Positions 20,644 through 30,994 of a stretch of DNA of 64,000 nt are shown here, in pieces (positions within the stretch are counted from its first letter, which is position 1; every line of letters begins with the position of its first letter). The position numbers and the translations under genes are program-made. This stretch comes from Candidatus Mediterraneibacter vanvlietii (GTDB taxonomy: Bacteria > Bacillota > Clostridia > Lachnospirales > Lachnospiraceae): assembly GCA_019113645.1 (NCBI GenBank), contig DXGZ01000027.1, forward strand, positions 11,461-75,460, given 5' to 3'. The notes beneath the pieces are model-generated. The model did not search any database. It was given only the letters and a program-made list of their open reading frames with translations, and had not been told where the DNA came from.

Positions 20644-23600
20644 TTATTTAAAGTATTTCACACCGGACTCAAAGATCTTCATATCCTGTTCTCCGTAGAT
20701 ATTGATTGCAACGGAATCTCCGCGTCTCTCCGAGTGAGCCATCTTACCGAGCACTCTTCCATCCGGACTGGTAATACCCTCGATCGAACAGTAGGAACCA
20801 TTGATGTTCCACTCTTCATCCATTGTTATATTCCCCTCCGGATCACAGTACTGAGTTGCCACCTGTCCGTTCTCAAACAGACGGGCAATCCACTCTTCGC
20901 TCGCCACAAAACGTCCTTCGCCATGAGATGCCGGGTTTGTATACACTCCGCCGAGCTGTGCTCCCTGCAGCCATGGGGATTTGTTTGTCACCACTTTCGT
21001 ATACACCATCTTGGAGATATGGCGTCCGATTGTGTTGTAGGTCAGTGTCGGTGAATCTTCCTTCTGTCCCGCAATCTCTCCGTACGGCACCAGCCCCAGT
21101 TTAATCAGTGCCTGGAATCCGTTGCAGATACCAAGAGCAAGTCCGTCGCGCTCATTCAGCAGCTTCTCCACAGCTTCTTTAATCTTTGCGTTCTGGAACG
21201 CAGTTGCAAAGAACTTCGCAGAACCATCCGGCTCATCACCTGCACTGAATCCGCCCGGGAACATGATCATCTGCGCCTGGCCGATGGCCTTCTCAAATTC
21301 AGCCACAGAATCCCGGATATCCTCTGCATTCAGGTTGCGGAATACTTTCGTGATCACCTTCGCCCCTGCCCGCTCAAACGCGCGCGCGCTGTCATACTCA
21401 CAGTTTGTTCCCGGGAATACAGGGATAAACACTGTCGGCTGACCGATCTTATGGCTGCAGATATGGATATCTGACGTATCGTACAGCTTCTCCTCAACCA
21501 GTGTATCCGTGCTCTCCGCGGATTTTGTAGCAAAGACTCTCTCAAGAGTTCCTGTCCAGGCCTCCAGAGCTTCCTTCATGCTGATCTGTGTATTTCCATA
21601 CTCGAATCCGTCGCGGTCTGTCACTTCACCGATCACAGTATAGCTGATCTGAAGATTTCCAACCTGGCCGTCCTCGACTTCTGCGATAATATCGCCGAAT
21701 GCCGGTGCAAACAGATCCCTCGGATCCATATTGTGCTCGATCTTTACGCCTTTATGGTTTCCGAACGCCATCTTGCTCACTGCCGCAATCACGCCGTGGC
21801 GGTCAACCGCATATGCGGAAATGATTCGTCCTGCACGAATATCCTCTGTAAACTTCCCGTACTGATCCATCACCTGGCCGTAAACCGGGAGATCATATTC
21901 ATCTCTGTCAATCCTGAGCCAGATCAGCTTGCTGCCGGTCTTCTTCAGCTCCGGAGTGATAATGTCGCTTTCAACCGCCATATCCACTGCGAATGATACC
22001 AGTGTCGGCGGAACATCAATATCCTGGAACGTTCCGGACATACTGTCCTTTCCGCCGATAGACGGAAGCCCGAATCCGATCTGTGCCGCATAAGCGCCCA
22101 GAAGCGCTGCAAAGGGCTGGCTCCATCTCTTCGGATCCTCTGTCATACGTCTGAAATATTCCTGGAATGTGAAACGGATCTTTCTGTAATCACCGCCTGC
22201 TGCCACGATCTTTGCCACTGACTCAGTCACCGCGTAAACCGCGCCGTGGTACGGGCTCCAGCTGGACAGGTACGGGTCAAATCCGTAACTCATCATGGAT
22301 ACGCTGTCCGTCTTGCCTGTCTGAACCGGAACTTTCGCCACCATGGCCTGCGTCTCTGTCAGCTGATATTTTCCGCCGTGCGGCATGAATACGGATCCTG
22401 CGCCGATTGAACCGTCAAACATCTCTACAAGACCCTTCTGTGAGCATACGTTCAGGTCACTCAGAGTATTCAGCCATGCCTCTTTCACATCGCCGATCTC
22501 TTTTCTGACGAACAGGCTGCCGTCTTTCTCCGGCATCTCCACTTCTACTTTCGTCTCCTGATGAGCGCCGTTTGTATCAAGGAATGCACGGGAAATATTT
22601 ACAATCTCTTTTCCTCTCCATACAAGGACAAGACGCGGGTCTTCGGTAACCACTGCAACCTCTGTAGCTTCCAGGTTCTCTTCAGCCGCATATCCCATAA
22701 ACTCATTTACATCTTTCGGATCCACAACAACTGCCATTCTCTCCTGAGACTCAGATATTGCGATCTCTGTTCCGTCAAGGCCTGCATACTTCTTCGGAAC
22801 TTTATCAAGATCCACGCGAAGTCCGTCCGCAAGCTCTCCGATCGCAACGGACACACCGCCCGCACCGAAGTCATTGCATTTTTTGATCAGGCAGCTGACT
22901 TCTTCTCTGCGGAACAGTCTCTGGATCTTTCTCTCTGTAGGCGGATTTCCCTTCTGAACTTCCGCGCCGCAGGTCTCGATGGATTCCTCTGTATGCACTT
23001 TGGATGATCCGGTCGCTCCGCCGCAGCCGTCTCGTCCTGTCCGTCCGCCCAGAAGGATAATGATATCTCCCGGATCGGAATTCTCACGGATCACAGCACG
23101 TCTCGGAGCTGCGCCGAGCACTGCACCGATTTCCATACGTTTTGCAACATAGTCCGGATGATAGATCTCTTTTACAAGCCCTGTCGCCAGCCCGATCTGG
23201 TTTCCATAGGAGCTGTAGCCGTGAGCTGCTTCACGCACCAGCTTTTTCTGCGGAAGTTTGCCTTTCAGCGTATCTTTCACAGAGACAGTCGGGTCCGCTG
23301 CTCCCGTTACACGCATTGCCTGATATACATAGGTTCTTCCGGAAAGCGGATCGCGGATCGCGCCTCCCAGACAGGTTGCGGCGCCTCCGAACGGCTCGAT
23401 CTCTGTCGGGTGGTTATGTGTCTCATTCTTAAAGTTGATGAGCCACTCTTCCTCGATTCCATCCACTTTGATCGGAACAACAATACTGCACGCATTGATC
23501 TCATCGGACTCTTCCTGATCCTGGAGTTTGCCCTCACGTTTTAATCTGCGCATAGCCATGAGCGCAAGGTCCATAAGGCAGACGAACTTGTCCTCCCGTC

Positions 23601-24399
23601 CAGCGAAAATCTCGCTGTGATCTTTCAGGTACTGCTTATAAGTATCTTCAATCGGTTTTCTGTAGTCACCGTCATCGAACTTCACTTCGCTTAACTCGGT
23701 GGAAAAAGTCGTGTGGCGGCAGTGATCAGACCAGTAAGTATCCAGCACGCGGATTTCCGTCATAGTCGGATCTCTGTGCTCCTCACCGCTGTAATAATTC
23801 TGAATATGAAGGAAATCCTTAAATGTCATGGCAAGGCCGAGAGAGTCATAGAGTTCTTTCAGCTCAGCCTCCGGCATGTCCTTGAATCCTTCGAATACTT
23901 TGATATCATCCGGCTCGTCAAACTCTGTCACAAGTGTCTCCGGCTTCTCAGCAGACGCCTCTCTTGAATCCACCGGATTGATGCAGTGGTTCCGGATCGC
24001 TTCTTTTTCTTCTTCTGTAACAGCTCCCTCGATCACGTAAGTAACTGCCGTACGTACTACCGGAAGTTCATCCTCGCGGATAAAACGGATACACTGTTCT
24101 GCGGAATCCGCTCTCTGGTCAAACTGCCCCGGAAGGTACTCCACGGAAAAGCTGAAGTCCCCCTCTGATACAGGGCACTCTTCCCTGTAGAGGATATCTA
24201 CAGGAGGCTCCGCAAACACGCCGCTGCATGCGGACTCAAATGTTTCATCCGTGATGTTTTCCACATCATAACGGATCAGGACACGAACGCCGGTCACGTT
24301 CATAATACCGAGATAATGGCGTATCTCATGTCTCAATTCCTTTGCCTCCACGGCAAACTCCGGTTTCTTCTCCACAAATACACGTTTTACATTGCTCAT
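20644..24399 (-). CDS. purL: phosphoribosylformylglycinamidine synthase, single-chain large form
   Basis: ~1250 aa with FGAM synthase domains and a C-terminal glutamine amidotransferase (LGICNGFQAL, HSERR). I chose the ATG at 24399 (aaggag RBS). The ORF track extends to 24477. Confidence 0.95.
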   Translation of the reverse strand: MSNVKRVFVEKKPEFAVEAKELRHEIRHYLGIMNVTGVRVLIRYDVENITDETFESACSGVFAEPPVDILYREECPVSEGDFSFSVEYLPGQFDQRADSAEQCIRFIREDELPVVRTAVTYVIEGAVTEEEKEAIRNHCINPVDSREASAEKPETLVTEFDEPDDIKVFEGFKDMPEAELKELYDSLGLAMTFKDFLHIQNYYSGEEHRDPTMTEIRVLDTYWSDHCRHTTFSTELSEVKFDDGDYRKPIEDTYKQYLKDHSEIFAGREDKFVCLMDLALMAMRRLKREGKLQDQEESDEINACSIVVPIKVDGIEEEWLINFKNETHNHPTEIEPFGGAATCLGGAIRDPLSGRTYVYQAMRVTGAADPTVSVKDTLKGKLPQKKLVREAAHGYSSYGNQIGLATGLVKEIYHPDYVAKRMEIGAVLGAAPRRAVIRENSDPGDIIILLGGRTGRDGCGGATGSSKVHTEESIETCGAEVQKGNPPTERKIQRLFRREEVSCLIKKCNDFGAGGVSVAIGELADGLRVDLDKVPKKYAGLDGTEIAISESQERMAVVVDPKDVNEFMGYAAEENLEATEVAVVTEDPRLVLVWRGKEIVNISRAFLDTNGAHQETKVEVEMPEKDGSLFVRKEIGDVKEAWLNTLSDLNVCSQKGLVEMFDGSIGAGSVFMPHGGKYQLTETQAMVAKVPVQTGKTDSVSMMSYGFDPYLSSWSPYHGAVYAVTESVAKIVAAGGDYRKIRFTFQEYFRRMTEDPKRWSQPFAALLGAYAAQIGFGLPSIGGKDSMSGTFQDIDVPPTLVSFAVDMAVESDIITPELKKTGSKLIWLRIDRDEYDLPVYGQVMDQYGKFTEDIRAGRIISAYAVDRHGVIAAVSKMAFGNHKGVKIEHNMDPRDLFAPAFGDIIAEVEDGQVGNLQISYTVIGEVTDRDGFEYGNTQISMKEALEAWTGTLERVFATKSAESTDTLVEEKLYDTSDIHICSHKIGQPTVFIPVFPGTNCEYDSARAFERAGAKVITKVFRNLNAEDIRDSVAEFEKAIGQAQMIMFPGGFSAGDEPDGSAKFFATAFQNAKIKEAVEKLLNERDGLALGICNGFQALIKLGLVPYGEIAGQKEDSPTLTYNTIGRHISKMVYTKVVTNKSPWLQGAQLGGVYTNPASHGEGRFVASEEWIARLFENGQVATQYCDPEGNITMDEEWNINGSYCSIEGITSPDGRVLGKMAHSERRGDSVAINIYGEQDMKIFESGVKYFK

Positions 24400-24526
24400 A
24401 TATAATCTCCTTTGCATGATTTGTGCGTGCAGTGTGCACGATCTGCTGTCAGTATATCTGTCTGTATCGTACCACAATTCACATCATAAGTATAATTAAT
24501 ATAATTAAAGTTTGTTATAAGTCTTG

Positions 24527-25243
24527 CTAATTCGACCTGTTTTCTTCCTCTGTTTTTCTTTTCCTCTTCTCCAGGAAAGCCGGAACAAAGCTGAAAACCA
24601 GAAGTACTGCCAGTATTCCGATAAAAATTCCGCCGATTCTTATCACCATATCAAAGAAGAGCCCTTCCGGGAGCATCCGGATCATGTAATCCGTAGCCGG
24701 ATCGAATATCCACAGATCATTGTCAAAGAATATGTGATGAAACTGTACGAACACGGCATTGAAATCAACCGCACACGCAATTCCGAGTATGAGCACTGCC
24801 AGGGCGGATATTCCCAGGGCAGCCTGATAGGAACGCGGAATGACCCGTTTCAGATCCGCCTTTGTCACAATCAGGAACAGGATACATATAACCGCCGCGA
24901 TGCACGCGCCCAGACGGATGTTCAGCCCGCCGATAAAAAGATCCCTTACTTCCGCCATATGGAAGCGGTCCTGCTCATTGAAGAAATCCTGTTCCTCGCC
25001 CTCCACTGTGGTGATGACGGACAGTGTATCTCCCTCTCCTCGCAGGTACGCCATCATCTCATGCGTGACATGCATAACGTCATCCATTGTCATATCCAGG
25101 TCGGACAGTACATCGTATTTCTCGTATTCTCTCTGGTAGACTCCAAAATCCGAATACATGGCGATTTCAAAACTCGAGATCAGAGCCGCAGCTATGATGG
25201 AAAAAGCAAGTATGATTCCTGCAGCCCAGTGTAATTTTTTCAT
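24527..25243 (-). CDS. TIGR01906/DUF1461 family integral membrane protein (Lit-like)
   Basis: 238 aa with an N-terminal TM helix, a conserved-looking E..HM.EV..LF segment (DRFHMAEVRDLF) and C-terminal TM helices. This is recognition from memory of the family. Confidence 0.6.
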   Translation of the reverse strand: MKKLHWAAGIILAFSIIAAALISSFEIAMYSDFGVYQREYEKYDVLSDLDMTMDDVMHVTHEMMAYLRGEGDTLSVITTVEGEEQDFFNEQDRFHMAEVRDLFIGGLNIRLGACIAAVICILFLIVTKADLKRVIPRSYQAALGISALAVLILGIACAVDFNAVFVQFHHIFFDNDLWIFDPATDYMIRMLPEGLFFDMVIRIGGIFIGILAVLLVFSFVPAFLEKRKRKTEEENRSN

Positions 25244-25326
25244 AATAATCAGTCCTTTCAGCCTTGTATTGTATTTTTCTTTTATTTATCTTATAATAGC
25301 ATTAGTATTTATTAGGAGGTCTTATA

Positions 25327-26235
25327 ATGATCGATATTAATTATGAGCTTTACAAAGTATTCTATCACGTTGCTTCCACACTGAATTTTTCGGAGGCTTC
25401 CAAGCAGCTCTTCATCTCCCAGTCAGCGGTCAGCCAGTCGATCAAGACGCTGGAGCGCAAACTGGATCAGACACTGTTTATCCGAAGCACCAAGAAGGTT
25501 CAGCTGACGCCGGAAGGTGAAATCCTCATGCGGCACATCGAGCCGGCTATGAACCTTATCCAGAAAGGTGAGTCCCAGCTTCTGGATGCTGCCTCCACAG
25601 GCGGGCAGATCCGCATCGGGGCGAGCGATACGATATGCCGTTATTTCCTGATCCCTTATCTGGAGCGTTTTCATAAGGCGTTTCCCGGAGCCCACATCAA
25701 AGTAGTCAATCAGACTTCCATGAAATGTGCGGAGCTTCTCAGTAACGGCCAGGTGGATATTATTGTTGTCAATTATCCGAACAAGCACATCGCTTCGACA
25801 GCGTCTGTCATGAGGATCAAGAAATTCAGGGATGTTTTTATCGCGGGCAATACATTCCGTGACCTGAAAGATAAAACACTCTCTTTCGCCCAGCTCCTGC
25901 GTTATCCGATCCTTATGCTTGATAAAAACAGCACAACCAATGAATTCCTTCACGAGCTCTTTCAGCACCATCAGCTTGACCTGGTCCCTGAAATCGAGCT
26001 TACGAGCAATGACCTTCTTGTCGACCTCGCGCGGATCGGACTCGGTATCGCTTTTGTTCCGGATTACTGCATCTCCCGAATGGATGACAGTCCGGAAAAG
26101 GATGACAGCATATTCACGCTCAACATCCGCGAGGAACTTCCGGAACGCGAGCTCGCAGTCGCTTACAACGAACATCTCCCTCTTTCCCGGGCGGCAAGCG
26201 AATTCCTGAGCTATTTCCAGAATTCGTCCATGTGA
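25327..26235 (+). CDS. LysR family transcriptional regulator
   Basis: N-terminal HTH (FYHVASTLNFSEASKQLFISQSAVSQSIKTLE) plus a LysR substrate-binding domain. RBS is aggagg. Confidence 0.9.
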   Translation: MIDINYELYKVFYHVASTLNFSEASKQLFISQSAVSQSIKTLERKLDQTLFIRSTKKVQLTPEGEILMRHIEPAMNLIQKGESQLLDAASTGGQIRIGASDTICRYFLIPYLERFHKAFPGAHIKVVNQTSMKCAELLSNGQVDIIVVNYPNKHIASTASVMRIKKFRDVFIAGNTFRDLKDKTLSFAQLLRYPILMLDKNSTTNEFLHELFQHHQLDLVPEIELTSNDLLVDLARIGLGIAFVPDYCISRMDDSPEKDDSIFTLNIREELPERELAVAYNEHLPLSRAASEFLSYFQNSSM

Positions 26236-28571
26236 TTTTTCAGTGTGTTCACACTGCACATTTTGCAGTTCTGCCATTCTCTCGGGAAGATTTCACGGTA
26301 CTGACGCCTGGAGAACCGTTCATCCAGCAGAAGGATCATCCCCCGGTCCTTCTCGGTCCGGATGACTCTTCCCGCGGACTGGAGCACCTTATTCATCCCC
26401 GGATACAGATAGGCATATTCAAATCCTCTGCCGTCTTCGGCATCAAAATAATTCTTAATAATCTCCCGGTCATTGCACACCTGGGGCAGCCCGGTGCCGA
26501 CAATAACCGCGCCGATCAGCCTGTCTTCGGTAAGATCAATCCCCTCTGAAAAGACACCTCCCATAACGCAGAAACCGACAAAGCTCTTCTCTCTTTCATA
26601 CTCAAACTGCTCAAGGAATTCCTCTCTCTGCGTCTCGCTCATGCTCTGCATCTGCATGACCGACTCAATCCCGTCAGCCTGTTCCAGAAAAATGTCATAA
26701 ATGTCTTCCATCATGCGGTAAGACGGAAAGAATGCCATATAGTTTCCTTTCCTTCCGACTGCTGCCTCTGCAATATACCGGGCGATTCTCCGGTACATAA
26801 CCTCTCCGCGCATTGTATATCTGGTACTCACATCATTTCCCTGCAGCAGAAGCCTGTTCTCATCAGGAAAAGAAGTTTCGGCGTAAATCGCATAGTCATC
26901 TTTCTCTACCGAGAGCAGCTTCCGGTAATAGTGAATCGGAAGAAGCGTTGCAGAAAAGAACACAGTTCCGATCCCATAATCCAGATAGGTCTGCAGATTC
27001 TCCGCCGGATTGACACAGAACAGCTTCACCTTGAATCTTCCGTTTTCCTCCAGCTCACTGTAAATAACATAATTGTCATCGAGAATATCATGAACATTCA
27101 CAAATGACCGTACCTGGAAATACAGATCGAGCACCTGTTCTCTCTTTTCGTCATCGTTCTGTTCCTCCAGGTAATCCTCCATCACTGTCAGAAGATTCAT
27201 CAGCTTCAGGGCAATATGGGATACACTGTCCAGAACGCGGTAAGTTTCACACTCCCTTTTCAGAGCAAGAAACATTTTGTTTACTTCATCAAGTTTTCTG
27301 GCCAGCCGGGGTTCGGATAATTTTATATTTCTCTTCAATTCCAGGAAATCTTCTTTATATAAAGCAGCGCTGTACATCTCCCTGCCCCGCTCAACAAGAT
27401 TGTGAGCCTCATCAATGAGAAAGATATATTCTCCTCCGGCACCCTCTGAAAAAAAGCGTTTCAGATGTGCGGTAGGATCAAAAACATAATTATAATCACA
27501 AATCACAGAATCCACCCATGTCGCCGTATCAAGCGCCAGTTCAAAAGGACACACCCGGTGTTTCTGTGCCTGCTGCTCGATCACTCTTCGGCTGATCTCA
27601 TCGCATTCTGTAATCAACTCAAACACCGCGTCATTCACCCTGTCAAAATGACCGTCCGCATAAGGACAGACTTCCGGATTACATGCAGCTTCTTCACAGA
27701 AACAGATCTTCTCCCTGGCAGTAAGTGTGATCACTTTCATCCGAAGCCCCTGCTGCCGCAGAGTCTGAAAAGCCTGTTCCGCCACAGTTCGCGTAATCGT
27801 CTTGGCTGTCAGATAGAAGATCTTTTCTCCCAGCCCCTCGCCGACCGCCTTTACTGCGGGAAATATGGTTGAAATCGTTTTTCCCACACCTGTAGGCGCC
27901 TGGATAAACAGTTTCTTCTTTCTCTGAATAGTCCGGTAGACTGCCACCGCCACATCCCGCTGCCCTTTTCTGTAGGGAAAGGGAAACTCGACACCTGAGA
28001 TAGATTCGTTCCTCGTTTTCTCCCACGCAATCTGAAACCGCGCCCATTTTTCATAGCTGCGCACCAGATCTTCAAACCATTTCTGAAGTTCCTCCCTTGT
28101 ATATGAAGACAGGAATCGTCTGATTTCCTCTGTGTCAAGATTGCAGTAGGTCATCTGCACGCTGATTTCATCTATTTCATGCTGCAATGCATAAATATAC
28201 GCATAGCATTTTGCCTGCGCAAGATGCACATTCACCGGATTTTCGATAAAGGAAACGTCTCTGAGCACCCCTTTGATCTCGTCAACCGTCACCTCCGTTT
28301 TTCCATCCGATCCATTTTTTACAATGATTCCATCTGCCCTTCCCTCGATCTGAAGCAGGAAATCACCGCAAGGGATCTGGATCTTCAGGCTCACTTCCGC
28401 CTGATACTCCGCTCCCATCTTTCTCTGTATCTTTCGATGGATCCTGCCGCCCATAAGCATGGCGTCTTTGTCCGGACCCGCCCCTTTCCTGTTGTCAATG
28501 CTTCCCTCTCTCAGGATAAATTCCACAAGATTTCTAACAGAGATACGGACAACTTTTAATTCTTCTTTCAA
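26211..28571 (-). CDS. PD-(D/E)XK nuclease domain fused to an XPD/DinG-family Fe-S helicase
   Basis: N-terminal EGRADGI...VDEIKG...QAKCYAY (D/ExK/QxxxY). Walker A is APTGVGKT, the DEAH box is LIDEAHNL, and the Cys cluster is CFCEEAACNPEVCPY...RVCPFE. The TTG start has a weak RBS. Confidence 0.8.
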   Translation of the reverse strand: MKEELKVVRISVRNLVEFILREGSIDNRKGAGPDKDAMLMGGRIHRKIQRKMGAEYQAEVSLKIQIPCGDFLLQIEGRADGIIVKNGSDGKTEVTVDEIKGVLRDVSFIENPVNVHLAQAKCYAYIYALQHEIDEISVQMTYCNLDTEEIRRFLSSYTREELQKWFEDLVRSYEKWARFQIAWEKTRNESISGVEFPFPYRKGQRDVAVAVYRTIQRKKKLFIQAPTGVGKTISTIFPAVKAVGEGLGEKIFYLTAKTITRTVAEQAFQTLRQQGLRMKVITLTAREKICFCEEAACNPEVCPYADGHFDRVNDAVFELITECDEISRRVIEQQAQKHRVCPFELALDTATWVDSVICDYNYVFDPTAHLKRFFSEGAGGEYIFLIDEAHNLVERGREMYSAALYKEDFLELKRNIKLSEPRLARKLDEVNKMFLALKRECETYRVLDSVSHIALKLMNLLTVMEDYLEEQNDDEKREQVLDLYFQVRSFVNVHDILDDNYVIYSELEENGRFKVKLFCVNPAENLQTYLDYGIGTVFFSATLLPIHYYRKLLSVEKDDYAIYAETSFPDENRLLLQGNDVSTRYTMRGEVMYRRIARYIAEAAVGRKGNYMAFFPSYRMMEDIYDIFLEQADGIESVMQMQSMSETQREEFLEQFEYEREKSFVGFCVMGGVFSEGIDLTEDRLIGAVIVGTGLPQVCNDREIIKNYFDAEDGRGFEYAYLYPGMNKVLQSAGRVIRTEKDRGMILLLDERFSRRQYREIFPREWQNCKMCSVNTLKNHMDEFWK

Positions 28572-28707
28572 CTGTATAATTCTGCCTTTACATTACAATA
28601 AGCTCATATTTCACCGAAACATAAGCCGGCCTGCCTAAAATCGTACAGCCAGCTTACAATTCGATGATGTATCTATCATAATCCTATTTTCAGTTCAAGA
28701 CAACCTT

Positions 28708-29472
28708 TTAATCTGAAAATTCAGTCATATACGGGCGAAACCTCAACGGAAGATGATTTCTCTGGCACTTGGGATTCTCCCTCTCCCTGATAGAAATCGA
28801 ATTAAAAAAAACTGTCCAGAGCCTGGCATACTCTTTTTCTGACTCCGACACCATGTGCGTGTTTTCTTTGTCCGGCTTTTCTCCCCATACAAGAGCCCAC
28901 TGCGTTTGTTGTCTGTGAACGAGAAACACCTCATGTGTTTTATCATAGATCATCCAGTTTTCCAGCGGGAACCGGTCCGCGAAATGATCCGCGATGCAGG
29001 TGAGAACCTGTGACTTCGGTGCAATCTCGGAAAACAGCACTCCATTTTCCAGCTCACGAAACCGGATCACTTCTTCATACATATGCGCTTCGTTCGATAC
29101 CTGCCTGCTCATCGCAAACACGCGCGCCACATCGCTGTTCCCCAGATATTCCATAATCTTCCTGCTGTTGCTGATCCTTCTTGACTCCTGCATGGCGCGG
29201 AATACAGCAGTTCCCTTCTCCGGATCATCAGAAAGAAGTGCCAGATAAATATCCCAGTAAGCGTTATAGCCCAGGTACCGCTTGATCATCCGTTCCAGCC
29301 GCAACGCCTTATCCCGGCTTTCTTCTACCACTTTGTATTCACAGAACAGCTGCCTCTGTCCACTGTCTGTTATCTCGATCTCCGCCTCAGAATCCCGTTT
29401 TTCCTTCCATGCATCATGGATCGCGGAATAGAGGCCGGTGATCGTATCCGTACACATATAAACCTGTCTCAC
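28708..29472 (-). CDS. TIGR03915-family putative DNA metabolism protein (DUF4130; usual partner of the TIGR03916 radical SAM protein)
   Basis: 254 aa. The N-terminus (M)CTDTITGLYSAIHDAW resembles the family start. A GTG start overlaps the upstream stop by 4 nt. An alternative ATG is at 29457. Confidence 0.7.
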   Translation of the reverse strand: MRQVYMCTDTITGLYSAIHDAWKEKRDSEAEIEITDSGQRQLFCEYKVVEESRDKALRLERMIKRYLGYNAYWDIYLALLSDDPEKGTAVFRAMQESRRISNSRKIMEYLGNSDVARVFAMSRQVSNEAHMYEEVIRFRELENGVLFSEIAPKSQVLTCIADHFADRFPLENWMIYDKTHEVFLVHRQQTQWALVWGEKPDKENTHMVSESEKEYARLWTVFFNSISIRERENPKCQRNHLPLRFRPYMTEFSD

Positions 29473-30788
29473 GCCAGTTCACCTCCATTTAAATTCATAT
29501 CATCGAAAAGAGACATCTGACGAAAGTTCAGGTCCCTTACCGAATCCGGAAGGCGCTCTTTTGTGTTCAGAAGGTTCCTCATTATATAATCTTCATCCAT
29601 CCGGATCGGATACATCATCTTTTCTCCGCAGGTAATAAAATACAGGGCCCTCTTCAGAACCACACCTATCTTTTTCAGATCATCAAATGTAAGGCTGCCT
29701 ATTCTCCTTGCTTTCACGATCCGCCCTGCAGACTTGCATCCGATCCCAGGCACTCTGAGAAGCGTGTGGTAATCTGCCCTGTTGACTTCTACCGGAAATA
29801 ACTCCAGATGATTCAGCGCCCAGCAGCACTTCGGATCAAGGAAGGGATTAAAATTCGGATGCTCCTCGTCCAGAAGCTCCGCTGCCTCAAACTGGTAGAA
29901 TCGCAGCAGCCAGTCAGCCTGATAAAGCCTGTGTTCTCTCAGAAGCGGCGGTTTCTGATCCCTCAGAGAGGGAAGAGCCTTGTCAGTATTGACCGGAACA
30001 AACGCAGAATAGAACACTCTCTTAAGATCAAACTTTTTATAAAGGGACTCAGCCACGTGCAGGATCTGATAATCCGTCTCAGGGGTGGCTCCTATAATCA
30101 TCTGTGTGCTCTGTCCTGCCGGCACAAACCGCGGGGTATTCCGGTACACTGTGATTTCCTGGCGGTTCTGTTCGGACAGCTTCTGAACCTGACGCATGGG
30201 CGTCAGTATGTTCTTCCGTGATTTGTGAGGAGCCAGAAGCCTGAGACTCTCCGCCGTGGGCAGCTCTATATTCACACTCATTCTGTCTGCCAGATAGCCT
30301 GTCCGCTCGATCAGTCGCTGATCTGCTCCCGGAATCGCCTTCACATGAATATATCCCTGAAAATTACAGACATGGCGGAGCCTGTAGAGCGTTGCATAGA
30401 TCAGTTCCATCGTATAATCCGGACTTTTCAGTATGCCTGAACTCAGAAAAAGCCCTTCGATATAATTTCTCCTGTAGAACTCCATTGTCAGTGTACACAC
30501 TTCATCCGGGGTAAAAGACGTTCGGAGCACATCATTGGAGGAACGGTTGATACAGTATTTGCAGTCATAGATGCATTCGTTCGTAAACAGAATCTTCAGA
30601 AGCGAAATGCATCTCCCATCTGCAGAAAAACTGTGGCAGATTCCTGCCCTCCTGCAGTTTCCCATGCCTGTTCCATCTCCGTTCCGCTCAACACCGCTGG
30701 AAGTACAGGCCACATCGTACTTGGCAGCGTCGGACAGAACAGTCAATTTATCATACAGGGCCATTTTTTCCTGAATCGTACCAATCAT
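29469..30788 (-). CDS. putative DNA modification/repair radical SAM protein (TIGR03916-like) with a C-terminal helix-hairpin-helix
   Basis: CIYDCKYC (CxxxCxxC) radical SAM motif and LLRVPGIGCKSAGRIVKARR (HhH). RBS is aaaggagg. Confidence 0.8.
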   Translation of the reverse strand: MIGTIQEKMALYDKLTVLSDAAKYDVACTSSGVERNGDGTGMGNCRRAGICHSFSADGRCISLLKILFTNECIYDCKYCINRSSNDVLRTSFTPDEVCTLTMEFYRRNYIEGLFLSSGILKSPDYTMELIYATLYRLRHVCNFQGYIHVKAIPGADQRLIERTGYLADRMSVNIELPTAESLRLLAPHKSRKNILTPMRQVQKLSEQNRQEITVYRNTPRFVPAGQSTQMIIGATPETDYQILHVAESLYKKFDLKRVFYSAFVPVNTDKALPSLRDQKPPLLREHRLYQADWLLRFYQFEAAELLDEEHPNFNPFLDPKCCWALNHLELFPVEVNRADYHTLLRVPGIGCKSAGRIVKARRIGSLTFDDLKKIGVVLKRALYFITCGEKMMYPIRMDEDYIMRNLLNTKERLPDSVRDLNFRQMSLFDDMNLNGGELA

Positions 30789-30805
30789 AGCGCGCCTCCT
30801 TTATT

Positions 30806-30844
30806 CGAACATCTGTTCTGTTACAAGGATAGCACATATGTTCT
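30806..30844 (-). promoter_or_regulatory. two Cheo-box-like (Firmicute LexA) sites upstream of the radical SAM operon
   Basis: CGAACATCTGTTCT (30806-19) compares with the CGAACnnnnGTTCG consensus. AGAACATATGTGCT is read on the minus strand at 30831-44. The sites lie 18-56 nt upstream of the start codon. Confidence 0.55.
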
Positions 30845-30994
30845 CTTTTTACAAGAGTGTAATCCCCTGTTTCCTGTGAAATAGTAACAGGGCAGAAACG
30901 CTTTGGAAAAATCTATCAGGACTTTTTCCTTACGCCTCTGCCCCTGCAATTTTTTATAATGTATTTATGCCCTGACTTCTGTCAGTGCACCTGT

